A stretch of 64,000 nt of DNA, taken from assembly GCA_973895155.1 (NCBI GenBank), contig OZ316899.1:2873455-2937454 (forward strand), read 5' to 3'. Position numbers and translations under genes: made by a program. This stretch comes from Marsupella aquatica (taxonomy: Eukaryota > Plantae > Marchantiophyta). Position 1 is the stretch's first letter; every line of letters begins with the position of its first letter. The notes below the pieces were generated by a model that ran no database searches, was not told the DNA's origin, and saw nothing but the letters and a program-made list of their open reading frames with translations. Shown here piece after piece: positions 1 to 11,379 of this stretch.

Positions 1-1103
1 GGCGTGAGTGGGCAGGGCGGGCTCAGATCTCTAAGTTTAGGATTAGGATCAGGACCAGGAGGCGGCCCTGACACTTAGCTTAGTGGGATTGCGGTTCCAC
101 TGGTAAGAGCAACACTTGTACTCCTACCTCGCTGTACATAGGTAGATTCAGTTAGGTAGATTAGGCTTACGCTGCAAAGAATTAGGCGGATCCACTACCA
201 GGATAAGTACCTGGGCAGCGGGGAGCTCAGGGCCTCTTCTTTAGCAAGTTTTTAGTTGCACCAGCCGGGCTCGGATCAAGTAGTAAGAGAAGCTCTCGGT
301 TAGTCATACAATGACCCTTGTGTATATTCATGTTTCCTCATGCCTAAGAGCTGAATAGAGTTGGCCTCACGGCTTAGTTCGCAGAGCTTGTGTATGAGAT
401 GTACTGTTTGTATGGCAAGTGCATGGTATGACTCAGTCAGAAGGAGTCATTTTGCTATTTGTGTGTCGCATTAACTTGTGTGAAGAGTGCCCACATCAAC
501 TAATAGATGAAGGAAAGTAAGCAAGGGAGTGAGAGTTGGATGTGTCGAGCTGAGAGAGGTCTTAGCGGCTTAACCAAGCCTATTGGGGATCATTCCGGCG
601 GCGGAATCCAAATATACCTAACAAGAAGGAGGGGAAGACAAGGGAAGGCCTAGATTAGGCCGGCTACGTATCTCATGACCCGATGAAGGATCTGTCCAGT
701 ATATGTGTGTAAAATGTTAATAGTAGTAGTAGAGGGAGGTTAGCAACGTCCCATGCCACTAAGCCGCGAAAACGGCCTCGCCAAGCGCGAAACCTGCGGG
801 AATCGGCTTGTGAAGGGGGTTTCTGGGGTTTAGGGAGCCATGGGACGCACCACAAAGGCGGTAACACGAAGGCTTAGAATTCCGTGAGCCGGGGTTGACC
901 CCATGTCAACTAAGGTACGTTCCGGCGGTGGAACACAAACTATACCTAGGAGGTGTCTGTACATAACAGTAAGCGCACTTAGCGCTAGTTTACATGAGTT
1001 AGGAGCATTCTGTGCATCCCTCCCTGCCCAAACCCTCATATTTACGAAGGATGTGCCTGTCTAAGCCAAAGCCCAGGTTAAGGCCTAGGCTGACGACGTG
1101 ACA
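1..1103. mobile_element. Terminal part of an LTR-like element, inserted just before the protease of the DNMT-bearing gypsy
   Basis: Ends in ...GACGTGACA at 1103. The reverse complement of ~860-1103 matches 63610-~63858 (TGTCACGTCGTCAGCCTAGGCCTTAAC...). No coding signal. Gypsy protease-region coding starts immediately at 1104. Confidence 0.6.
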
Positions 1104-1530
1104 CTTTTGCTGCTATTGAGTGAGCTCCCTACCAAACCAGCAATTGATTGGAGTGCCGTGACTCCTGGTGTGGTTGTGGTGGACAACCGTGTTGGTGTTT
1201 TTACATTGGTTGGCCCTAGTGGCACGGTGTATGTGCCACCACGTGTATTGTTGGATTCAGATGCACTGTCTAGGGATTGGGCTTGAAGAAGGCTGATGTG
1301 GAGCCTTGCCCATTTCAAAGTCATACATCTCTTGGTGTACAAGAGAAGGCACAACACATGATGCGGAAAATCTCACTATGAGGTTAAATCCCCACCGTAT
1401 TGGAGATGATTTTGCCTTGAAGGTGAGAGTCGTTGTCACACCTGCAGAGTCTTATGATGTTTTGGTAGGAGGAGCCGTCCTTTACCTTATGGGCTTTGTG
1501 TTGAATTACTGGCAGGAGATCGTTCACTAT
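1104..1530 (+). pseudogene. Gypsy aspartic protease region (degenerate)
   Basis: ORFs 1098-1286 and 1306-1785 give VYVPPRVLLDSDA (D-S/T-G-A-like motif) and YDVLVGGAVL, typical of retroviral-type proteases. Confidence 0.7.
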
Positions 1531-1919
1531 CAACCAGGATGGCAGTCTGCTGGTGGTAGGAAGTGTGAGCTGCCAATACACTACTTCTTACATTGGACTG
1601 AGCCGTCACTAGAGAAGGTGATCAGTTTGTCAACTTGTGCCGGAGCTATCACCTGGCCAGGTGAGCTCTTGGAGGGTGATGCCCATGCTACAAACAACCT
1701 TGTATCAGAGGAGTTGCATAGCTTTTCAGGTGACCATGACATTCCTATTGTACCACAGGTATGGGGTTCCACTCATGAGTTATAGCAGCATGCTGATTTG
1801 TATGTACAGGCAACATGGAGTGAACCATTTGCCCCTTTAAAGAGCCACGTGTGGTAGATGGCATTCCCAATTTGAATAATGTGTCCCTGTTGGACATCAC
1901 TCTCATTTTGTGGACATAC

Positions 1920-2880
1920 CCTGCTAAGGGTATTCGGTTGTTGGAGTTGTTACATGACATGAGCATTGGTTTAGCTATTGTTTTACATTTTGGTATTAGA
2001 GTGTAGCTATCTCTATGTGGAAAGAGAGGACACAACCAGACGTGTCTCACTTTGTCATGTTGCTTAGTTGTACCAATAGTTCCCTGATTTGTTGCCCTTA
2101 TTAGCTATCAAAGGTTATCAACATGCTTTGCCAGCAAACATCTCACTTTTGGGGGCATCAGATTTAGTACGAGTAGGTGAGATTCACCTAGTGATTGCTG
2201 GTTGGCCGTGTTAGGGCCATTCCTCTACTAGGACAGGATCTGGTCTCAAAGAAATTGTTCTCACACGTTTTGGGAGATGCTATGTGTGATGAGGTTTTTG
2301 CAGGAGCAGTAGCATATCTCTCTAGCCTACATTTTGGAGAATATCCCCTTGTTGGGTGATACTAGGTCACAGATGGTGGCTAGTATGCACCAAGTGAGGT
2401 TTTGGTTAGGTCTTGCTATTTTTTTAGATGCTGCTAGCGTCGGATCGACAACACATTGTCCACAGTTATGGTGGACCAATTGTATGCCACCTGAGGTTCT
2501 ATGAAGGGCATATCAGCACATTATGCGGCCTATTGGGCTCACAGTGGACCGCATTTTGGATGTTGGGCGGCATGCATAGTTGGTGCGCCACAATGATCGC
2601 TCCCCATTGGCAGTGAACTGGGTTGGTCAGCCATGCGTAGCACTACCCACTTTGGTGAGTTTCCCCTCATTGTTGCTTACCGTGGACCGGGGTTAATTTG
2701 GGATTCCCAGCACAACAAGCTAATGGAGCCTACTATTGATGAGCGCAAGCACGCTATGGGATTTTAGACTCACCCCACAACAGTACCCACGGTCACTGAA
2801 GTAGCATGCCATCACATTCTAGGTTAGGCTATGGATATTAATTGTTTGACTTGGATTGTGAGCTTAGCCTTGGCAGAGCA
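1920..2880 (+). pseudogene. DNA (cytosine-5)-methyltransferase domain embedded in gypsy pol (disrupted)
   Basis: Hand translation gives motif I-like GIRLLELLHDMSIGLAIVL (~1930), motif IV HLVIAGWPC*GHS (GWPC at 2200-2211), motif VI YILENIP (2337), motif VIII-like GSTTHCPQLWWTN, motif IX-like DERKHAMGF and motif X-like ILG*AMD (~2820). Order is correct for a C5-MTase. Confidence 0.85.
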
Positions 2881-3212
2881 GTGCCGGTTAAATCTTTTGT
2901 GATACCTCCACATGGATGCTCTTCCTCTATTGGGCCACTAGAGATCAGAGCAGGGGCAACAATGCCACAACTTGTCATCCCTGGACTTCATGGGAAGTCA
3001 GTGGAGAGGCTAGTGGACTTCTTTTTTTGCAAAAGCATGGCATTGGTGCTCCTGAGGTTTCAGCATAGCAACCACAATTGGCATTCTTTGCACCTTTTGT
3101 CAAGGTTACTATTGATAGTTGGGAGCCAACTATTGGCCCCAAGATCACTGGAGGTGAGAGACGACGTGTATGACAATTTCTACCGAGTTATGGAAGTTAG
3201 TTTGCTTTCAAC

Positions 3213-4520
3213 ATGCAGGATTTGGGCATGTTAAAGGGACCAGGCATCCGGATAGATTTGGCAGTTGATGCGCCCATCTTTCGGAGACCATATCGGTATT
3301 CCAATATGGAGAGGGCATTGATTCAGGCAAGGTGCCAGGATTTGTTGGCAGCGGGACTTGTGGAGAAGTCATTTGGTGAGTATGCTTCTGCCACTGTGAT
3401 GCCAACAAAGAAGGATATGTATGGCAATTGGACTGACAGGAGGATGTGTGGAGACTATCGTCTAATTAATTGGCAGAATAAGTCTGACAGGTATGCCATG
3501 CCCACAACAGAGGAGATATTTGATGCCATTGGGCATGCAAGAGCGTTTAGCACATTGGATCTCAAGGCTGGATATCACCAGCTGCCTATTAGGATTGGTG
3601 ACAGGCAGAAGACAACATTCTAGGGATTGATGCTCATGGGAAGGATGTGTTGTATTAGTGGCTATTCTTACCGTTTGGATTGAAGAATGCGCTAGCTGAG
3701 TTTCAGAGGGTCATGGATCGGATTTTGGCAGACTTGGATTTTGCCAAATGTTATATAGATGACATTATTGTCTACAATGACATTGTGGAGGAGCATGCTA
3801 TACATTTGCAGTAGGTGTTTGAGCGGCTGAGAGAGTATGGGCTAAACCTGCATCCTGGCAAATGTAAGTTCTTCCATGACCAGATTGCATATTTAGGGCA
3901 TATCATTTATCCAGGTGGATTGGGTGTGCAACAGACAAAGGTGGAGGCAATTGCTGGCATCCCTTAGCCTACAAACGTGAATAGAGTTCAAGAATTTTGG
4001 GGGCTTGCAAACTTCTACCAAAGGTATGTGAAAGGATTTAGTGCAATTGCAAAATCTTTGACGTTACTTACGAGACTGGACCATGAGTGGCAGTGGGTTG
4101 TTAACCAGGATAGAGCTTTCCATCAGTTGTAGGAGAAGCTCACATTGGCACCCATCTTGAGGAGACCTATCAGGGGCGTCCATTCAGGTTGCACATTGAT
4201 TGGAGCATGTTGGGACTTGGAGCAGTGCTCACTTAGCAGGAAGATGAGGGAAGGGAGTTTGTGGTAGCATATGCCAGTCAATCACATAACTTTGCAGAAT
4301 CAAAGTATGGCTCCTATGAGGGAAAATGCTTGGCTGCAGTGTGGGCAATGGCTCATTTTTATGTTACTTGTTTGGTAATCCATTCACTCTTGTTACGGAT
4401 CACCAACCACTCGAATGGTTGATGGAGTCAGACAAGCTTATTGGTAAGCTTGCTTGTTTGGCACTCATACTTTAGGAGATGATTTTGAGGTCTTGCATAG
4501 ACCTGGTCACTTAAATCAGG
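3213..4520 (+). pseudogene. Gypsy A reverse transcriptase and RNase H (disrupted)
   Basis: PIFRRPYRYS, RMCGDYR, LDLKAGYHQL, LPFGLKNA, YIDDII, KLHPGKC; RNase H YAS...YGSYEGKCLAAVWA and TDHQPLEWL. Several TAG/TGA stops. Confidence 0.9.
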
Positions 4521-4859
4521 ATGTTGATGGATTGAGTTGCAATCCCTGCTCGAGCCAGAGGGATTTGATAGGAGCACGTTGGCATGATGAGGCAGACAAG
4601 GAGATGGTGCCAGGTTGGCATGCTTTTGCGTATTTGTGTTTGTTGCGGAGTGTGGATGGTCTTGGTGCTGTGGCATCATTGGAGAGACCCACTGCAGACT
4701 TTGTAGATCTAGAGATTTCTAGTGAGGAGTCTAGTGGACATGATATTCATGATGATGCAGATGTTGTGATGTATCTATGCACGGGCAGCATGCCGGGTAT
4801 GGTAACTGCCAAAGAGAGAGATCGGATCCTACAATGAGCTAAGCGGTTCAGGTGGGAAG

Positions 4860-5697
4860 GATCTCACCTATTGAGAGTTTGGGATGATGGCAGGGTGTGG
4901 TTGGTACCTCCTTTATCCCGGCATGCACAGTTGGTGCAACATGCTCATGAAAAGCTTGGACATTTGGAGTGAAGCGGACATACACTACTCCAGATGCAGT
5001 ATTGGTGGCGGTTTGTGGCGCAGTATATTGTGTGTACGTGATAAATTGAGAGCATCATTTAATGCTCCTACCCCGCAGTTGCATCCCTTGCCAATCATGG
5101 ACTTGGGATATCGTTGGAGTTTAGATTTTGCTGGATCCTTACCATTGACTAGACATCACAACCGTTATGCTTTAGTGATGTTGGAACACTTTTCTAAATG
5201 GATTGAGTTGGTTGCATTACCAGATAAAGGTAGTGAAGAAGTTTCCTATGCCTTTCTGGATTGTGTATTGAGTCGTTTTGGTGCTCCAGTTGAGGTTTTG
5301 ACTAACCAGGGGGTTGAGTTTTATGGAGGATTTCAGGCCTTGTGTGATCAAGCATTGACTGATCATCGTACGACATTTAGGGATCATCCAAAGGCAGATG
5401 GATTGATAGAGAGAGTTGTCCAAACAGTGGATTACGGAAATATGGCTTGTAGAAGGGTCACGTGAGTGATTGGGATATCCAGCTACCATGGTTAGCGATG
5501 GGATAGTACTTCAGCAGGCAAGCATCTCTTGCATCCATTTCACCATATTTTCTGCTCTATGGTATGGAGCCAGTGTTGCCAGCAACCATTAATTCAATGG
5601 GAGGTTGGTGAGGTGTTGCAGTTGGATGACCCTGATATGTGGATGCAAGCTTGTTCTCAATGTATAGAATTGTTTTGGAGAGTGATGCCCATGGCGT
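4860..5697 (+). pseudogene. Gypsy A integrase, N-terminal and core parts
   Basis: HEKLGH, PLPIMDLGYRWSLDFAG, EHFSKWIELVAL, EVLTNQGVEF, HPKADGLIERVVQT. Cut by element B at 5698. Confidence 0.88.
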
Positions 5698-6472
5698 TGT
5701 CGTGCCGAAAGATTTCGGCTCAAGAATGGCTTTTTATAGGGGATGATGGGCGAGGCCTCCCGGTTGGGTTGCGTGCATGCTAACTCGGAGGGGCTGCTTG
5801 GTTGGATGGATTGAGGTTTGGTGATTGGGTGACTCGTTGTCACCAGGTTTGGTGTTTGGGTGAGTCACCAGGCTTGGAGTTTGGATGAGCCTCGCTGATG
5901 GTAGTTGGCTCAGGCTGGATGGTTGGGTTTCTGATTCTACTTAAGACTTGAGCCTCGGCTCATTGAGGTTGGCGGTTGTCTATTGAGATCTGTTGAGTTG
6001 CGTTCTGTGAGTTCCACTTCGTTCTACGGAACTCGACTGTTGTGCGGCGGTTTTGGAGTTTTGTGCGAGTGTTGGATCCAGGTGTGGAGTTTTGGATCCA
6101 GGTGTGGATTTCCCAATTTTGGAACCTCGTTGGTCTAGGCCCGAGTTTTGTGTGAGCTGTTTTAGACTAGTGGAGTAGCTAGTCAAGTTTTGGTTTTGTG
6201 AGCTAAGGAGGAGAGTTTTTCCGTCAGATTTTGAGTAGATAGTCACTCGAGGAGTTCAGCTCGACAAGTGAGAGGTAGCGGCCCGCCGTAGGGCCAGCTA
6301 CCAGACTCTTGCGGGCAAGCTTACTCAAGGGCACCCATTGTAACCTTTGTGAGAAAAGTAAAAAATATAAAGGAGTGAGAGTTTGCTCCGAAAAGAGCTT
6401 GTCGCCTGTCCCAATCGTAGCCAAAAATGCACAGTTTTCCCGAGGAGCCCCTAACTTTAAGTCCTCGCGACA
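5698..6472 (+). repeat. 5' LTR of gypsy B
   Basis: Starts TGTCGTGCCG and ends GTCCTCGCGACA. Highly similar to 16736-17443, with a 63-bp extra segment between TGAGCCTCG direct repeats (5886 and 5949). Confidence 0.95.
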
Positions 6473-6473
6473 T

Positions 6474-6489
6474 TGGCGACCATACTGGG
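6474..6489 (+). promoter_or_regulatory. Primer-binding site, probably tRNA-Arg
   Basis: TGGCGACCATACTGGG, one base after the LTR end. Resembles the complement of a plant tRNA-Arg(UCG) 3' end as recalled; not aligned. Confidence 0.65.
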
Positions 6490-6513
6490 GAATCCTTGGG
6501 GCGATTGGATGAG

Positions 6514-9500
6514 ATGGGTGACTATGACAAAGTTGATTGGATTTCAAGCATCGCCATGTCAATGATGAGAACCATAAGGAAGGAAGAGCTTGAGGCGGAA
6601 AGGGCAAACAGGGAAGCAAATAGAACTACTCCGTATCTCCAAGAGGTTTTGAAGGAGAATGGGCAGTTTGATGGGAGAAATGTGACAAGCTACCTTAAGT
6701 CTTACTTGAGATGAGTGCTGCACTCGTGAGCGAGAGGATAGCTGCCCGCAGGAGACTGAGCAGCCACACTCATTTTGCCCCTTCTGCGTTTGAGATCCGG
6801 AAACTTGCAGCACTTCCATCCATACAGGAATTACATGAAACATTGATGCTGCTGCCCGCTGACAAAGCCCCAAGAGTGGACGGGTTGATCGTAGAGGTTT
6901 TCAAGTGCTACTGGGAATTTATGAAGGTTGATATTCACAGCATGGTCTGTGAGTTTTGGCGGACTGGAGAACTGGCACACTGCATCAAAGATGGGGTGAT
7001 TCGATTCATCCCCAAGAAACCTGACAAGAGGAAACTGAGCGATTGGCGTCCTTTAACTATGCTGACCACTATGTACAAAATCTTGGCTAAACTGCTGGTG
7101 GTGAGACTAAAGGTGCTTCTCCCTAAGATAATCAATCCTCAGCAGACAGGATTTATCCCAGGTCGACATATCTTAGAAAACATTTCCCTTACTTGGTTAA
7201 TGAACGACTGGCTTAGCTACACTGGAACTCCTGCTCTCTTCCTTAAACTAGATTTTGAAAAGGCTTTTGATCGAGTTGACCACTCGTACATCTGGGACAC
7301 GATGCACCTTCTGGGACTTGGCCCACATTTTATCTTCCTAGTTAAATTGCTCCTCAGTAATGCAAGCTCTAAGGTTCTCGTCAATGGGCTCTGGACTGCT
7401 GATGTCCGTATGCTTTGGGGTGTGCGATAGGGCTGCCCCTTGTCCCCCCTTCTCTTTGCCATTTCAACACAGCCGTTGATGGATTTTTTCAGTGCAGAAA
7501 TCAATGCTGGCAGGCTCCAAGGCATCCAGGTCTCTCAGTTTCTGAATATCTGCTTTTGACTTTTTGTGGATGATTTAGGACTTTTTATCCCTGCTACGGA
7601 AGTAGCTTTCAATCAAGCCCAAGATTCTATCCATTGCTATGAGATGGCAACGGGAGCTAAGCTCAATCTGAAGAAATCTATTGTTATTCCTTTTTCTGTT
7701 GAGGTGATCCCAGACTGGTTGAAGGACACAGGGTGTTTTATCAGTGAACCCGACGTGGTGCAGAGGTACTTGGGTGCACCCTTCGGGAATGGATTATCTG
7801 AGAGCCAACTCCATTGCTTTTGTCTCGATCGTATTGGGGCCAGGCTCTCTTCATGGTCTACACATTTCTTATCATATACTGGCAGATTGCTCCTGGTGAA
7901 ACATGTCCTCCAGGCCATTCCGGTATACCACATGATGTTCCTACGGTCATCGAAGGTTTTGACCAAGAAACTGATTGCTCTGAGCAGAATCTTTCTATGG
8001 GGCACTAATGTGCTGGGGGGCAGGCGTGTCCCATTGGTGGCATGGGAGAAGCTTACTCGACCCAAGCTGGATGGGGGCCTTGGTCTGAAAGAGTTCCGAA
8101 GCCATTCGGATGCTCTTCTGAGCAAGTGGTTCACAGAGGCTCTTGACCATCCGTCATCTAAATGGGCTTCTCTATATGCTGAGAATCTTACTCTAATCAA
8201 ATGGAGGAACTACAAGACGATCCGCAGGAATAGGTACTCGATGTCGGACAAGATGCTGCTCAGCACCCCACGTTCTTTTGGAAAATTTATCTACACTGGT
8301 CAACTGTGGGCTGCTTGGGAACTTGTGCGAGCCAACCTTATTTTTATTCCGGGAGTTTTTGCTATCCCTGGTCACTGGGGAATGGAGGACCTGCTACGTA
8401 GTATGATAGGCTTTTATGATCTCCCTGAGTCTAACATACTTGCAATAGTTAAGATCTGTGGTCGTCTGGGATCCCGCACTGTTGCGGATCTATGGTCTCA
8501 AGCAGACGGGGAGTGGAAACCCTTGACTGATCTTGTCTTACGGTTTAGGGGATTCTCCTGGGAGGCGAAGCAAGGGACACTTGCTTTTATCCGGGCTATT
8601 CACCAATCTGTTTTCCGGGGATGTGCTTTTGACTCAATGGCTAGGCAATGGAGATGGTTAGATAGGGCCACTGTTCCCCATTGCTTTAAGCTATCTAACA
8701 GTCGGGTGTATGAAATGCTCTGCCCCAAGGGCTCTGATTTCTGCCGGCTCAACCGGATCTGGAATGAAACGTACCCTGACTGAGGCTGCCTGGTGTAGAG
8801 TTTGGACAGTGGTGTGGACGGCTGATCTCTCTACTAAGGCAAAAAAAATTGTATGGAGGATATTGGCACAAGGGCTTTTCTCTGGTTCCAGAGCGTTGAG
8901 GATGTCTAAATCAGATGGAACTTGTACTCTTTGTGTGGACACTGTGGAAACTACCCCCCACATTTTCCTTTATTGCAGACATGCGCTCTGCTGTTGGAGG
9001 GTGATCAAAGGCTGGCTGCTTGGTGCTTTAGACCTTGGCCTTTTGTCTATCGTTGGTTTGCTTCACTCCACTACGGGGAAGGAACCTCTGACTACATTAC
9101 GTCTTTTCCTATTGTATCAATCCCTATGGAGCTTATGGCTTGCGCGGAACTCTCAGACCTTTGACCAATCCAAGTTGAGGGTGTTCGATCAACTGTTGAT
9201 CTTCTCAGAGACCCTTGATCACCTGAACGCAGTAGCAGCATCCTCAGCCCTGGGCAAGAAGCATAGAAGACTTACTCAAGCTATCTTGATCTTAACTGTA
9301 GAACAGAATAGGATTCTTCGGAGTGGTGTACGTCGCACTGTTACTCACTGACTTGTGTTCTTTTTGGAGATGCAGCATATGAGATGGTTAACTAGGAATT
9401 GTTCTATGCTTGATAGTTTACTGTTGGTCAGAGGTTTCTTCATAGTAAAAGGGATTGTACTAGGATAATCTAAGCACTGTTAGATCCCACTATGTGAAGT

Positions 9501-11379
9501 ATCTAGTCTATACACTGAGCTATGTTGCTCTGTTACTCAGATGGGAATCCCTAGGCTTGTATACTACTCTGTTGTTGCTGCGGCATTGCTTTGTTTTTCT
9601 TTCCGCCCGGGATGGCCTGCCGCCTTTTGGCCTGCTTGGTTCCCCCATCCGTGGGGTTCACGCGGAATAAAAGTTAAAATTTAAGAAAATAAAAAAAAGT
9701 CTTACTTGACAAAAGCAGCTGTCGACAAGTTGGACGAAGGGACGGCGGTGAAAGAGTTCATGGTGCTGGTTGAGAAGGAGTTGAGTTCAATGGTGCGGAC
9801 CATCGTTGAGTCAGCTGAGGGCTGAAATGACTTCGACCAGAAGATGAAAGAGGAGTTCCAAGCGGAGGATGCTGATTGGGTCACGCAGGCTACCTTCTTG
9901 GATTGGATGAATGATAGGAACAAGAAGTTGAAGGGGCCGCAAGAGCTCCTAAGGGAGTTCAAGAGAAGGGTGTCTCAGTTACCGAAGCGGGATGTGGGAT
10001 CATCGAGTTGCAGCGCTCGACGCTCTTCTTGAGGGCAGCCAATGAGGACCTTTGAGAGGAGCTTGAGAACGCAATGGAGCTGTTGGAACCTTCAAGAGTT
10101 ACCTTGTCTAACGATTGGAACCAAGTTGAGAAAGCGGTGTCAAAAGTGAGCAATCGACACCGGCAGCAAGAGCTGGACAAGGAGGCTACCACTCTCAACC
10201 TAAGGCCGTCGGAACCGATATTGAGGAAAGGGAAGCGAGAACCAGCGAAGGATGAGATCAAACCATCGATGGATGATCTTGCGGAAATGATGCAAAACCT
10301 GAAGATCTTGGCGGCACATGCGGTTGAGAATCTGAAACCAAGGGTTGTGAGTGCTCCCGAGAGGAAGCGAGAGATGTAGAGTTGGCCATGCATGTGGTGC
10401 GACAGCAAAGAGCATGATAAATGGGAGTGCCTGGACCTGAGGGAAGCTACGGATAAAGGGCTGATCAAGTTCATCGGTGAAGTTGGTCAGAAAAAGATAT
10501 TGTTTGCCGATACTGAGGAGCCGATTCCATTCAACTCCAACAAGGGAGGCATGAAGGCTTTGGCTGAGAAGTGAGCTGGGAAGCGAGTCGAAGAGGCGTC
10601 CTCTTCGCACCTGGAAGCGAATGTTTACAATGTGGAGTTGGATGGCCCCGTGACGGAAACAGACAAGTTTTACAAGCGCTTGGCGGATCTGGTGCGAGAG
10701 AGATCCGGATGGAGTGACCCGGTGCTGATCAATGCAATAACGGTTGAGGTTGGGGCTAGTTGGGATGCCTCGGTCGAGTCAAAAAGGAAGAAAACCAACA
10801 AGGATGACACTCCGTCTCAATCAGGGGAACGAGAGAGGCGGGATACTCGAGACAAGGAAAGGAGGGTTAGGTTCAAAGATGAGGAAATGAGTGAGAAAGA
10901 GCCGGAAAAAGGGAAACCAATCAGAAAGGACCCGAGATGGGTGCTTTGCAGGGATGTTGACCAGACTATGTACCCGGAGGTTGTAGCTGGAAAGTTCTGG
11001 AGCCAACAGGCTCAAGGGTTTAACAATGCCAAGTTCTTTGGCAGCATGAGGCGGGAGATCCAGGAGGCAATCTTGGAGAGATCCAAGAGGAAACGGATTT
11101 ACAAAGAGGGCCCTCACACGTTGACGGGGAGGGCTGGCGAGACAGAAATAGGGAGTTTCCGAATTTACACTGCTGGGGTGTCCATGGGTTTAGGAAGCAA
11201 AATTGTTGGCCCCAAAGAGTTAGGCTTGGGGATGCCAAAGAGGATCAAGTCCCTTGGAGGGGAGCTCATGGACGATGAGTTCTTTGATGCGGAAGAGGAG
11301 CTCATGGACTTGGACGATGAGTTCTTCGATGCGGAAGAGGAGCTCATGGGAACCGGAAGCAAAGTTGAGTCTGTGGCAA
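6514..11379 (+). pseudogene. Gypsy B gag and downstream region, split by a LINE (6710-9696)
   Basis: QFDGRNVTSYLKSYL joins TKAAVDKL across the LINE TSD. Zinc knuckle CMWCDSKEHDKWEC at ~10390-10430. Stops and frameshifts present. Confidence 0.75.
6710..9696 (+). mobile_element. 5'-truncated L1-type LINE (RT + zf-RVT)
   Basis: 13-bp TSD AAGTCTTACTTGA at 6697-6709 and 9697-9709; A-rich tail at 9666-9696. RT motifs KAPRVDG, WRPLTML, LDFEKAFDRV, FVDD; C-terminal CTLC...ETTPHIFLYC. Confidence 0.95.
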
